From: Candidatus Undivivens industriae
GTDB lineage: Bacteria; Omnitrophota; Gorgyraeia; Gygaellales; Profunditerraquicolaceae
Direction of reading: 5' to 3'
NCBI GenBank assembly: GCA_012514745.1
Contig: JAAYZR010000029.1
Coordinates: forward strand, 1-47,810
Length of the DNA stretch: 47,810 nt
Shown: positions 1 through 10,900 of the stretch, one piece after another
How the letters are laid out: each line of letters opens with the position of its first letter
Numbering within the stretch: position 1 is the stretch's first letter
The notes under the pieces: model-generated
Seen by the model: only the letters and a program-made list of their open reading frames with translations
What the model was told of the DNA's origin: nothing
Database searches by the model: none
Made by a program: the position numbers and the translations under genes

Positions 1-2
1 AG

Positions 3-464
3 GCCGCTGAAGAGAGGCAAGCCGCCGAACAGGAACGGAAGAGACAGCTGGCTGCGGAGCGGGCTGAACAGTCGCGGTTGAAGGCAGAGGCTTTAGAAAA
101 GGCAAAGGAAGAAGCGGCGATAAAACACGAAGCCAAGCAAAAGGCCGCTGAAGAGAGGCAAGCCGCCGAACAGGAACGGAAGAGACAACTGGCCGCGGAG
201 CGGGCTGAACAGGCGCGGTTAAAGGCCGAGGCTCTGCAAAAGGCCAAAGAAGAGGCGCGGGAAGCCGCGGAAGAGAGACGTTTAGAGGAGAAAGAGCGCC
301 GGAAAAGGCTGGCTGCGGAGCGGGCTGAACTGGCGCGGTTGAAGGCCGAGGCTTTTCAGAAAGCCAAGGCGGAAGCAGTGGCGAGAATCAAAGCGGAGCA
401 AAAAGCGGCGAAGGAGAATGCGCAGGCTTTGGAAGCAAAACGGCGGAAAGAAACGCAGCAATAG
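3..464 (+). CDS. C-terminal part of an E/K/R/A-rich coiled-coil repeat protein (TolA-like composition), 5'-truncated by the window edge
   Basis: The frame of ORF 78..464 is open back to position 3 (AAEERQAAEQERKRQLAAERAEQSRLKAE). A near-exact DNA repeat starts at 1 and 142 (141-bp period), with a third degenerate copy. Confidence 0.7.
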   Translation, partial: AAEERQAAEQERKRQLAAERAEQSRLKAEALEKAKEEAAIKHEAKQKAAEERQAAEQERKRQLAAERAEQARLKAEALQKAKEEAREAAEERRLEEKERRKRLAAERAELARLKAEAFQKAKAEAVARIKAEQKAAKENAQALEAKRRKETQQ

Positions 465-526
465 GAGAAATAGCGATATACGCGGCCCAACCGGATATTG
501 CTTCTAAACGCGGAACTTCTTAGATA

Positions 527-1741
527 ATGGCGAGCTTTATATATAAGGCCAGAAATGTCCAGGGGGAATCTATTCATGGGATTATCGATGCCGCGGATGA
601 AAACAAAGCGGCTTCAGCCATCGAACATCTAGGCCTTATCCCGATTCAAATATCACATAATACCGGTTCGTATTCCGGCAGCTTTATGCAATTCCGAATC
701 AAACGGATATCCCGCCAGGAATTGCTTATTTTTACCAGACAGTTAAGCACTCTTATAGCCACCGGCGCTCCTTTGATAACGAGCATACAGAATGTCGCCG
801 ACCAGGCCCAAAACCCGAGGTTCAAACAGATACTTGGCAGTATTGTTTCTTCCCTGGAAAGCGGGGTAAGTTTTTCCGAATCACTGGCGCAGTATCCCGA
901 TATTTTCGGCGATTTATACGTGAGCCTTATCAAGGTCGGAGAGGCGGGCGGCCTGCTGGATAAAGTCCTGGCCAGACTGGCTGAGTTGAGCGTTCAGGAA
1001 ATAGACCTGCGCAGCAGGATAACATCGGCATTGGTTTACCCGGCGGTATTGGCTTCGGTGGCTTTCATCATCGTTAATTTCGTGCTGGTGGCGGTACTCC
1101 CGAAATTCACCGCTATTTTCGAGGCATCCTCTGCCAAACTGCCTTTGCCGACCCGGGCGCTTCTGGGCTTGAGTTATCTGGCGCGGAACTACTGGTGGCT
1201 GATGGCGCTGGCGGCGGTTTTCATCCTTAACGCCCTGCGTAATTATTACCGAACGCCCGACGGACGTAGATATTTCGATTCTTTGTTCCTGCGCCTGCCG
1301 CTGTTTGGTCCGTTGACTTTGAAAGTGATGGTCAGCCGGTTGGCCAGGTCCATCGCCGCCCTCACAAAGTCGGGCGTCCCGGTGCTGGAAGCGCTCACCG
1401 TGGTGGAAACTACCGTATCTAATGTGGTCCTGCAGAATATGATAAAGGACACGCGCGCAGCCATCTCCTCGGGGCAGAGTCTCACCGAACCTTTCAAGGC
1501 TTCGGGATTGTTCCCGCCGATGGTCATACAGTTGATCAATACCGGAGAGCGCACCGGCAGGCTGGACAAGATGTTCGACCAGATAGCGGATTTCTATGAA
1601 CCCGAGATAGAATTCACTATCCGTAACCTCACCAGTCTTCTGGAACCTATAATGCTTCTGGTGATGGGAACGGTGGTCGTCTTTATCGCTTTATCCGTAT
1701 TGCTGCCGATATTCAACCTGATAAGCGTTATAAAAAAATAG
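527..1741 (+). CDS. pilC: Type IV pilus/T2SS inner-membrane platform protein (PilC/GspF family)
   Basis: N-terminal FIYKARN..G; two T2SSF domains (FTRQLSTLI..G.PL, GEAGGLLD, ALVYP; KSGVP, FPPMVIQLINTGERTGRL, LLEP). Confidence 0.93.
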   Translation: MASFIYKARNVQGESIHGIIDAADENKAASAIEHLGLIPIQISHNTGSYSGSFMQFRIKRISRQELLIFTRQLSTLIATGAPLITSIQNVADQAQNPRFKQILGSIVSSLESGVSFSESLAQYPDIFGDLYVSLIKVGEAGGLLDKVLARLAELSVQEIDLRSRITSALVYPAVLASVAFIIVNFVLVAVLPKFTAIFEASSAKLPLPTRALLGLSYLARNYWWLMALAAVFILNALRNYYRTPDGRRYFDSLFLRLPLFGPLTLKVMVSRLARSIAALTKSGVPVLEALTVVETTVSNVVLQNMIKDTRAAISSGQSLTEPFKASGLFPPMVIQLINTGERTGRLDKMFDQIADFYEPEIEFTIRNLTSLLEPIMLLVMGTVVVFIALSVLLPIFNLISVIKK

Positions 1742-1775
1742 AGCGGCGTAAAGCCGGAACATACAACTTGAAGAT

Positions 1776-2282
1776 ATGAGGAGCGGATATATGAGAAAAA
1801 CTGTTGAGACGCGCCCTTGCGCAGAAGCGAAAATGACGGCATCCCGCGCGTTCACCCTGCTTGAACTTTTGATAGTGATTTCCATAATCGCGATACTTGC
1901 CAGCACGGTGATCCCCAATTTCATCGGTTTCGATACGGAAGCCAAACTTTCCGCAACCATAACCAACCTGAATACTTTGCGGACGCGCATAACGATGTAC
2001 CGCGCTAAAGAGGGGGAATACCCGGTTTCGTTAAACGACCTGCTTACCAAGACTTACGAAGATATGGGCGTCCAACAGCCGTATCTCGACAAAATTCCCG
2101 CGGAGATGATCTCCTCGAAAAGCGGTAATAATTCGGTCGTGGATATGAAAAGTGACGAGGACCTTTCCGGAGAGGGCGGCTGGGCCTATTATAGCGATAA
2201 AGCTAAAGTAATGGTCAACGTTACGGAACCGCTGGACGGCAAATGGGGTAAAAGCAAAGGGCAGGTGCCGGCGGAATGGTGA
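1776..2282 (+). CDS. Prepilin/pseudopilin, GspG-like
   Basis: Class III signal SRA|FTLLELLIVISIIAIL with Glu at +5; YP.SL.DL and YLDKIP motifs resemble GspG. The true start may be a later Met. Confidence 0.85.
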   Translation: MRSGYMRKTVETRPCAEAKMTASRAFTLLELLIVISIIAILASTVIPNFIGFDTEAKLSATITNLNTLRTRITMYRAKEGEYPVSLNDLLTKTYEDMGVQQPYLDKIPAEMISSKSGNNSVVDMKSDEDLSGEGGWAYYSDKAKVMVNVTEPLDGKWGKSKGQVPAEW

Positions 2283-2686
2283 AGCTACCCGGGGATGCGG
2301 GCAACCGCGGCGCCGTTTTGATGCTGGTGCTTGTGGTGATCTTTACCATATCCATAATGGGCGCCGTGCTGGTGGTTCTTTTTTTTAACGTCTTGACGTT
2401 GAGCGGCATCGAACTGGACAGGACAAGGGCGCTGTATTTGTCCGAGGCCGGCGTTTCTATGGCCGTGTCTGTGCTTAAGTCGCGGGCCGGCGAGGTGAGG
2501 ACCTCCGGCGCGCAGTCTAAGGAGGCCGCGGACGAATCTTCGCGCGGGGAAAAGATAATACCCGTAACCGAACTGGGAGGGGGATATTTCGAAGTTTACA
2601 ACGATTACGCTCAATCTACGATAATATCGATAGGCGTAAGCAACGGGGTAAAAAGAGTGATCCAGGTAAAATACAGCGCGTTCTAA
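2276..2686 (+). CDS. Minor pilin, PilX/GspK-like
   Basis: NRG|AVLMLVLVVIF hydrophobic segment lacking Glu+5; ALYLSEAGV motif typical of the PilX N-terminus. Confidence 0.75.
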   Translation: MVKLPGDAGNRGAVLMLVLVVIFTISIMGAVLVVLFFNVLTLSGIELDRTRALYLSEAGVSMAVSVLKSRAGEVRTSGAQSKEAADESSRGEKIIPVTELGGGYFEVYNDYAQSTIISIGVSNGVKRVIQVKYSAF

Positions 2687-2688
2687 AG

Positions 2689-3087
2689 ATGAAGATGAAA
2701 AAAGGATTCACTTTCGTCGAGATACTTATAACGCTCGCCATCACAGCGGTTTTTTTCATTCCCATGATGCAACTTTTCTCCGGCGCCGTTTATTCGGTGG
2801 CGATCTCGGAAGAAAAGGTTACGGCGGTAAACCTGGCGCGCTGGGAAATGGAACGGGTCAAGAACCTCAATATAACCAAGACCGGGTTAAAAAAGACCGG
2901 CGACCTGTGGATTCCGGAATTATCGGAGCCGCCGTTTGAGATAAACAATAATAAATGGAGGGTCCTGCGCAGAATAAAACCGGAGAGTGATCCTTTGGAA
3001 GTAAGCGTCGAGGTCTATAAGAGCGAAGACTTGAAGACCCCGTTGGCCTCGGTGGTCACTTTGATCGAGGATAATATATGGATATGA
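2689..3087 (+). CDS. Minor pilin, PilV/GspI-like
   Basis: KKG|FTFVEILI prepilin motif; AVNLA..EME helix. Confidence 0.8.
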   Translation: MKMKKGFTFVEILITLAITAVFFIPMMQLFSGAVYSVAISEEKVTAVNLARWEMERVKNLNITKTGLKKTGDLWIPELSEPPFEINNNKWRVLRRIKPESDPLEVSVEVYKSEDLKTPLASVVTLIEDNIWI

Positions 3088-4328
3088 ACATTCCGGCCGG
3101 GGCGAAGGAGCCGATGTCTTTTTCGGTTGAACGGCAGTCTTCACGTGGGTTCACTCTGCTGGAGCTTATTGTCGCGTTGTCCGTATCCGTGATGATCGCC
3201 TCGGCGTTGTATTTCAGCTTGAAGACGGCGTTGGAAAGTTGGGCTGTTTCGCAGGATCAGCTTATCCTGCAGCAGGTTTCATCCAGAATAATGGAAGAAC
3301 TTGTGGAAGGTCCGCTTGGAGGCAACGGTCTTAGGGATGTGCTGGAAGTGGTGGATTGTTCTCCTGTCATGGCGGTGACGGTTATGCCGTGGACGGACGA
3401 CACGCACGACGTCTCGAGCGGCATCAGTGTTTATACCTTGAATAAACACATTAAGCCGGGAACTAACGCCCCTATAGCGGAAGCGCTTCTGCCGGAATCG
3501 AACGAATACAAAGTGGTCCCGGTTACTCTGATAGAGAAAGGGAAATCCGAGGATTATCCGCAGGCCGGCCTGGATATTTCCCTTCCTGCCGCCAGCAGGC
3601 TTAGGTTTACTTATTATCCTGATTATAAGAATGATGTGGATGTCCTGACAACTTTCCGTTACGATCCGGAAGAGCAGGCGGTATTCGTGGAGGATAAGGA
3701 CGGGACAAGAGAGTTATACGCGAATCCTTTTGGAGTGAAGATAACGGAGTTCCGGATGCGTTTTTTCGACAGCGGCAACAATGAGTTGGAGGCCGGCGGA
3801 GATGATGTGTCGGCCGTTACCGGGATAGAGGTGGCTTTCAGGGCAAGAAGCGAGAACGGGACTGAAAGGGAGACAATCACTTTTGTCTCTTTACGCAATG
3901 CGCCGATGCATTCCGGCATCGTCCCTGTGAAAGAAGGCATGCGTTTCGCTATCCCCGATTCAAAAGAGATCAGGGCGTTATCTTTGTGTAATCTTTCTGG
4001 CATAGATAACGGTGACTCTATCATACTGGAAGCGAGATCGGAACACAGCAGAACGTGGCGGCTGAAAGTGCAATTTTCGAAACTATCAAGCGCCGGAAAG
4101 CCTATAATCGAAAGCTATACGGTGGAATATCCTTCCGGTAATAAGGTGTTTTCCGAACGCCCGCGCATACCGGCTGAATTCGGGCTTAACCTGTTGAATC
4201 TCGGACCGAACGGGCGCTATGATTACGGTTTTAACGATATAGACGGGGAAATCCTTCTGACCGGTAAGGTTACCCTGGAGGTAGATAAGATGGATATTGG
4301 GGGAGCGGCGATTTTTGTCCGCCCGTGA
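3078..4328 (+). CDS. Large minor pilin, PilW/GspJ-like
   Basis: SRG|FTLLELIV prepilin motif followed by a large globular domain. Confidence 0.8.
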   Translation: MDMNIPAGAKEPMSFSVERQSSRGFTLLELIVALSVSVMIASALYFSLKTALESWAVSQDQLILQQVSSRIMEELVEGPLGGNGLRDVLEVVDCSPVMAVTVMPWTDDTHDVSSGISVYTLNKHIKPGTNAPIAEALLPESNEYKVVPVTLIEKGKSEDYPQAGLDISLPAASRLRFTYYPDYKNDVDVLTTFRYDPEEQAVFVEDKDGTRELYANPFGVKITEFRMRFFDSGNNELEAGGDDVSAVTGIEVAFRARSENGTERETITFVSLRNAPMHSGIVPVKEGMRFAIPDSKEIRALSLCNLSGIDNGDSIILEARSEHSRTWRLKVQFSKLSSAGKPIIESYTVEYPSGNKVFSERPRIPAEFGLNLLNLGPNGRYDYGFNDIDGEILLTGKVTLEVDKMDIGGAAIFVRP

Positions 4329-4331
4329 GTT

Positions 4332-4387
4332 TTAATCCCCTCACTCAAACCGCAAAAATCTCCCGGTTTTCAAGCCCGGGGAGGTTT
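4332..4387. repeat. Short hairpin element resembling an IS200/IS605-family end; homologous to 47577..47740
   Basis: ttaatcccctc...aaatctcccggttttcaagcccggggaggttt; the same flanks recur at 47577-47616 and 47725-47740. Confidence 0.5.
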
Positions 4388-4390
4388 ATT

Positions 4391-4858
4391 ATGAAAAAGT
4401 TCATCGCCGCATTATCGCTATGCCGCAGGCGCGCCGCGGCGCTTGTTTTCCCGGTTGTTTTATTATTATCCGCGGCCGGCGCGTATGCAGAAGAGAAGCA
4501 ATGGTCCGGCAAATATGACGGTGTTACCTGGGAGAATGATCTTAACTGGTCTCCGCCTTCCGCGCCGTCGGCATCAGACGACGCGCGAGTAGATACCGAC
4601 GGGGCGGATGCGGCGGTAAGAGAGTCTTTCAATCTTAAGTCGCTCACCGTGGGGGGGCATACCGCGGCAATGGTGACGGTTTGGAATTCAGCCGACGGAA
4701 CGCTCCGGCCGGAGAATAGCTCCGTCCCGGCGCTTTATATAAGGAAAGGCGGGAGTGCGGTGTTACGGGGGGCAAGAGTGATTACCTTGACCGGAAGTTT
4801 TAAAAGTTCGGAAGAAACGCTTCCCGCGGAACCCGGGTTTACGTTTGAGGCGAAATAA
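4391..4858 (+). CDS. Small secreted protein of unknown function
   Basis: GGAGG RBS before ATG 4391 (in frame with ORF 4325). Sec signal ends AYA|EE. The W.G....W....NW.....P...DD motif resembles N-terminal caps of surface beta-helix proteins. Confidence 0.7.
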   Translation: MKKFIAALSLCRRRAAALVFPVVLLLSAAGAYAEEKQWSGKYDGVTWENDLNWSPPSAPSASDDARVDTDGADAAVRESFNLKSLTVGGHTAAMVTVWNSADGTLRPENSSVPALYIRKGGSAVLRGARVITLTGSFKSSEETLPAEPGFTFEAK

Positions 4859-4922
4859 GGGCTTATGGATCGCCGGCAAATCCCGAAGTTGAAGATATAT
4901 TAAAGAGAGGACAGCGGAACCC

Positions 4923-7900
4923 ATGAATTGTGAAAAACGGAAGTATATGACAATAAGAGCGTGTGGTTATATTTCCGTCATTTTAATCTTTTTTCTGTCC
5001 GCTTACAGCGTCTATGCCGGACAGCTTAAATTCGAAGGTGTGCCGGTGGATATCACTACCGCCGACAACGAAGACCTCGTCATAGCTCCCGGTTCTGGAG
5101 GGAAGACTCGGATAGGCATAGCCTCGGTAAACGACAATTACGCGGTCTCGCAGAATGATCTGTTCGTCAGCGGTATCCTGGAAACCGGGGGAGCGGGATA
5201 TTTCGATACCACGCTTACGGTAACCGGGCCGTTAACCGCAAACGGCAACGTAATCCTGGGAGACGGTTCATCGGACAAGATCAGCGTGACCGGCCGGCTG
5301 GCATCGGATCTGCTGCCGAATGTGGATTCTTCTTATAATATCGGCTCGTCCATTTTCGCCTTCTCCGGGGTTTACGCCGGCAGAATATCTAGTTCAGGCT
5401 CGGCATTGATTTTATCGCCGGCGTCCGGTTACCCTTTGACTGGTAATGTCTTCAGCAATGCCGCTTCCGGAGACGAAACCGCCTATGACCTGGCTTTGAC
5501 CGTAGATAAATCAGGTTCCGGGAATTATTGCGGTGTGAAATTGGACGTTACGGAAACTCTGGCTCCCGGCAGCGCGAATAAGCTGTTGGATCTTCAGGTC
5601 TCCGGGAACAGCCGTATGCGGGTTTACAGCGGAATGAGTTCGGCCGATTACGGTCTTTTATCTCTTGGAACAGGTTATTGGGACGGGAGCTCTCCCGGAC
5701 ATTTTGCCGGTTCTGCCGACGGAACTATGCTGGCGGTTAACGCTCCGGCCGGTTTTGCCGGGAACTTCATAGATTTGCAGGCGGGAGGCGCCTCCAGGTT
5801 CTACGTTGACTACCTGGGAAACATAGTGTCTTCCGGTTCGCAGATTTATTCCGGCGATATGGTGGTTGGAGGGGATTTAGCCGTCAACGGCGGAAATTTA
5901 ACGACCACCGCCCCCGTCTTTAATTTATTGAATTCCGGCGCCTCCACAGTGAATTTTGCCCAGGGAGCAACGAATCTTAGTATGGGCTCTTCCAGCGGGA
6001 CCACGCTCGTGAACAACAGTTTAACGGCGGAGAAGGGGTTCACTCTTTCTTCCGGCGCGTTGAATCTCAGCGCCAGCTCCGGCGCTTTATCTTTATCCGG
6101 CTTGTCTCCTTCTTACATTTCTACAGGAGAGAACCCTTTTGTCATAACTTCCGGCGGCGAGTCTTCTTGGTCCGTGACAAACGGGAATCTGGCGTTATCC
6201 ACCCTTACCTCCGGTAATCTGGTTTTGACCTCCGCCGGGTCTCTAAACCTTGCCGCCGGAGCTCCCTCTGTTTGGACGTTTCCCGCTTCCACCTCCGCCC
6301 TGAATATCGCCTCCGGGCTATTGAACATCGACACAATAAATTCCAGGATTGGCGTCGGGACTGCGAGCCCGGCGCAGGCGTTCGATGTGGCCGGAACAGG
6401 CAGATTCTCCGCCGGGCTGATCACGCCCAAGCTTTACCCGGCCGCCGATTCCGCCACCGCCGTGCAGATCAATAAAGCAGACGGCACGGCGAATGTGGTG
6501 AATATTGATACTATCAACGGAAGAGTAGGCATCGGGACGACGGCGCCTGCGGCTCCCTTAGATATTATCGGGGCATATACGGATGAATTTGGACAAATTA
6601 GTTTTAGACATTCCGCAGTGGAAACTACGGCTGGATGGATTGGGGCGGGCACTCAAAGTTTGGTAATAGGCGTAAAAAATTCAATATCGAGCGATGGTAT
6701 CCGATTTGAAACGGGAACGAGTACCGGCGCAGAGGCTATGAGAATAACAAGTGCCGGTAACGTCGGTATCGGAACTACCAGCCCCGCCTACACTTTGGAC
6801 GTCAGCGGCGACATCCGGGCTACCGGGACGATCTACGGCGCAAGCGGCACGCAGGTGCCGGTGGGGATCGGCACGGAGAATTACCTCTCCAAGTGGAGCG
6901 CGAGCGGCACTCTGGGGGATTCGGTGGTGTATGACGATGGGACAAAGGTGGGGATCGGGACGACGGAACCTGAAGCGAGTCTTCATACTAATGGAGCAAT
7001 GCTTGTGACTGGTTCTTCTGTCCCTACATCTGCGGCGGGTGTTCGCATGCAGTATTCTGGCGGCCAGGGTGATATTGTTGCTTATGATTGGGGCAGTTCT
7101 TCGTATAAACCATTGGCACTTCGCGGCGCTCCAGTAACAATTACCGGCAACGTCGGCATCGGCACGACGAGCCCGGGGTCTCGGTTGGTGGTGCAAGGCA
7201 CAACAACCGACAGCACAGCTTCTGGTTTGAATGTAATAGATAATAGCGGAGCAAGCATTTTGTTTGTTCGTAATGACGGGAAAGTTGGGATTGGCACGGA
7301 AACGCCAAGCCTTTCTCTTACTATTGATAAATCTTCTAATCCTGCCATTGCCGTTAGTGTATCGGGATCTATTCGCGGGACATTGGCTGCGGCTACAGCA
7401 TCGGAAGCATATTCAAATTTTGCGACTGCGGGAGATGTCATTATACGAAGTAGCAATGAAGACCTAATCTTAACCGCTAAAAACAGTTCCGGGGCCATTC
7501 GATTTGGCGCAGGGAATCCCGATACGGAGAAAGTAACCATATTAAATTCCGGCAACGTCGGTATCGGAACTACCAGCCCCGCCTATACTTTAGACGTCAG
7601 CGGCGATATCCGGGCTACCGGAACGATCTACGGCGCAAGCGGAACGCAGGTGCCGGTGGGAATCGGCACGGAGAACTACCTTTCCAAGTGGAGCGCGAGC
7701 GGCACTCTGGGAGATTCGGTGGTGTATGACGACGGGACAAAGGTGGGGATCGGGACGACGGCACCGAGTTTTCCATTGTCCTTTGGCACAGCACTGGGTA
7801 ATAAGATTGCGCTATATGATTCCGGTTCCGGGAATGGTTATGGATTTGGTATCCAGGCAAGCTTATTACAAGTATTTTCTACAGCATCGGATACTGATAT

Positions 7901-10900
7901 AACTTTTGGTTACGGCAATAGCAGTTCGATGACAAGAAATGTAACCTTCAAAGGAAATGGTACCGTCGGGATCGGGACGACGGTACCCGGGACGAAATTG
8001 CATGTGTATGACGATAATACTGCGGTGTTGAAAATTGAGGGTGGTACCACAAGTACACCGGCAAGAAGAGCAATTTTGGATTTAAAGGGGAATCAAGCGC
8101 GGGCCACCGGTATTCTGTTTGAAAATGCTTATAATCCTTGGTTTTTCGGAACTCCATATTTGGGCGGCGATACTTTGCAAATCGGCAAACATGCTACACA
8201 ACCCGAATATCCTGCCAACGCGTTTGTGACTATAAGTAGTACCGGTAATGTCGGTATCGGGACGACCAGCCCGGCTTACAAGTTAGATGTTAGGGCTGTA
8301 ACGGAGCCGGTTGTTGCAGCGCTTAGCACTACGGCTAATGATCCCAGCAGTGGCCGGATTATTTTTGGTGTTGCTACTGGAGCTGCGATGAATGAAGGTG
8401 GTGTTTTACGCTATGACGGTAGCGCGAATCAAATTTTATTAGGAAGCAACATCAGCGATGGGATAATTAAATATCATCGCGACGCGTCCACGGATACCTT
8501 AATGATATCAAGTACCGGTAACGTCGGTATCGGAACTACCAGCCCCGCCTACACTTTAGACGTTAGCGGTGACATTCGGGCTACCGGGACGATTTACGGC
8601 GCAAGCGGCACGCAGGTGCCGGTGGGGACCGGCACGGAGAATTACCTCTCCAAGTGGAGCGCGAGCGGCACGCTGGGGGATTCGGTGGTGTATGACGACG
8701 GGACGAACGTGGGTATCGGGACGGCCAGCCCAAGTACTCTTTTGGAAATCGCTCAAGGCGATATCGTTGATATGTCTAAAGGATTGAGTATTACTAAAAC
8801 CGGGCAAAACTGGCGTCTCCATATTGATACCAATAATGCTTTAAATATCAGGGATGTAACCGGTACTACAAATAAAATTACTATAGGAAATACAGTTAAC
8901 GGTAACGTGTTATTCAATACCGGCAATGTCGGGATTGGGACGACGTCGCCGGCGGCCAAACTGGATGTATATGGAGCAATTAAACTTGGCGGAGGAACTT
9001 ATGGCGGTATTACCTACAGCGATACACCGATAGCTAATAATACCCAGTTTTTTTCTGGATATGGCAGAGCATTGTTATTTAATGCTGGTGATGTGAACGA
9101 TCCAGATATTACAATTTTAAGCTCCGGCAACGTCGGCATCGGCACGACGAGCCCGACAAAAAGATTGGAAGTGGTTGATAATAGTAGTAATGGGACGGTA
9201 AATTTAGTAAATACATTGGCTTCCGGTTATGCTTCTTTTGATTTTTGGAATAATAGTGGCGTAAAAGTAGGTACGTTCGCTTTTTCAAATCCTTCAGCCT
9301 CTGTTTACCCAAATTCTCTTTGGTTTGGTACAAGAACCAATAATCCAATGTATTTATTCACTAATGATTATTCAAATATAAGGATGGCGATAACAGAGAA
9401 TGGCAACGTCGGCATCGGAACTACGGCGCCAGGTGAAAAATTGCATATTTATGGAGCGACGGGTGTTGTTCGAAGCAAGATTCAAGCTGGCGCGGCAGAT
9501 GGATATGCGACGTTTCAAGCTGCTACTGACGCAGGTGATCTACGGCTTGGTGCTGGTGGGTCTACCGCAACTTCAATAGGTGCTGCAGGACTTGGTTATT
9601 TAGGTACTTTCGTAAATAAAGGATTGCAACTGGTGACGAATGGCAACGAACGTATGCGGATTGATAATTTGGGCAACGTCGGTATCGGAACTACCAGCCC
9701 CGCCTACACTTTAGACGTCAGCGGCGATATCCGGGCTACCGGGACGATTTATGGCGCAAGCGGAACACAGGTGCCTGTGGGGACCGGCACGGAGAATTAC
9801 CTCTCCAAGTGGAGCGCGAGCGGCACGCTGGGGGATTCGGTGGTGTATGACGACGGCACGAATGTCGGCATCGGGACGACCGCGCCGGGGGCGGCGTTGC
9901 ATGTTGCCATTGCTTCGGCAGTTGATTGGATTCGTCTTGAGAGAACTGGGACAAGGACCTGGGGTTTTAATTCATCCAATGGGCATTTAAATTTTTACGA
10001 TGAAACCGCAAGTACTCTTCCTTTTGTAGTCGAAGGAGGTGCCCCAAGCTATAGTCTATATGTTAAAAATAGCGGCAACATCGGCATCGGAACGGCGGAA
10101 CCTTCTGGTAAGTTACATGTTTCGTATCCTGGATTTAATCCGCTTATCTTGGAAAGAAATGACGATAGTGCGTTTGCGCAAGGGTTGGAATTTAGAAAAG
10201 GGAGAAAGGGGGTAGGAGTTCAAGCGGGTGATCAGTTGTTTAGAATGATGGCTTTTGGTGAATTAAACGATGGGACCTATGCTTCCGCTTCGAATCATCA
10301 GGACTTTATGACGGCGGAAGCAACTGATAGTTTTACTTCGGTGGCGCAGGGGCGACAAAGTTCGTTTTATGTTGTTCCTACTGGGAGCATTACACAAACT
10401 CTGGCATTACGATTATTGAATAATGGCAACGTTTATATGCCGGGCAACGTCGGCATTGGGACGACGACGCCAGGAGATAGATTAGAATTGGCTACAGGAG
10501 TAAATCCAGGCTTGCTGATAACCGGCAGTAATACAACGGCGGCAGAGTCCGGCTCCATTTCATTCGCTTCCAATGCTGATAATACTGATACTAGAATTAG
10601 ATTGGTTAATGACGAAGCCGGAAATATCTTAAGATTTGATGTGCGTAATACTAAAGCGAGCGCGTGGACTCCCGCTATGTCGATAATCCGTTATACAGTA
10701 GGGCTTGGCAACGTCGGCATCGGAACAACGAGCCCGGCGTATAATCTGGACGTCAGCGGAGACATTCGGGCTACCGGGACGATCTACGGCGCAAGCGGCA
10801 CGCAGGTGCCAGTGGGGACCGGCACGGAGAATTACCTCTCCAAGTGGAGCGCGAGCGGTACGCTGGGGGATTCGGTGGTGTATGACGATGGGACGAAGGT

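Noticed and set aside
1833-1880. Prepilin cleavage site with Ala instead of Gly at -1 (RA|FTLLE)
   Set aside because: This variant is common in PVC-superphylum pilin-like proteins and is not novel.
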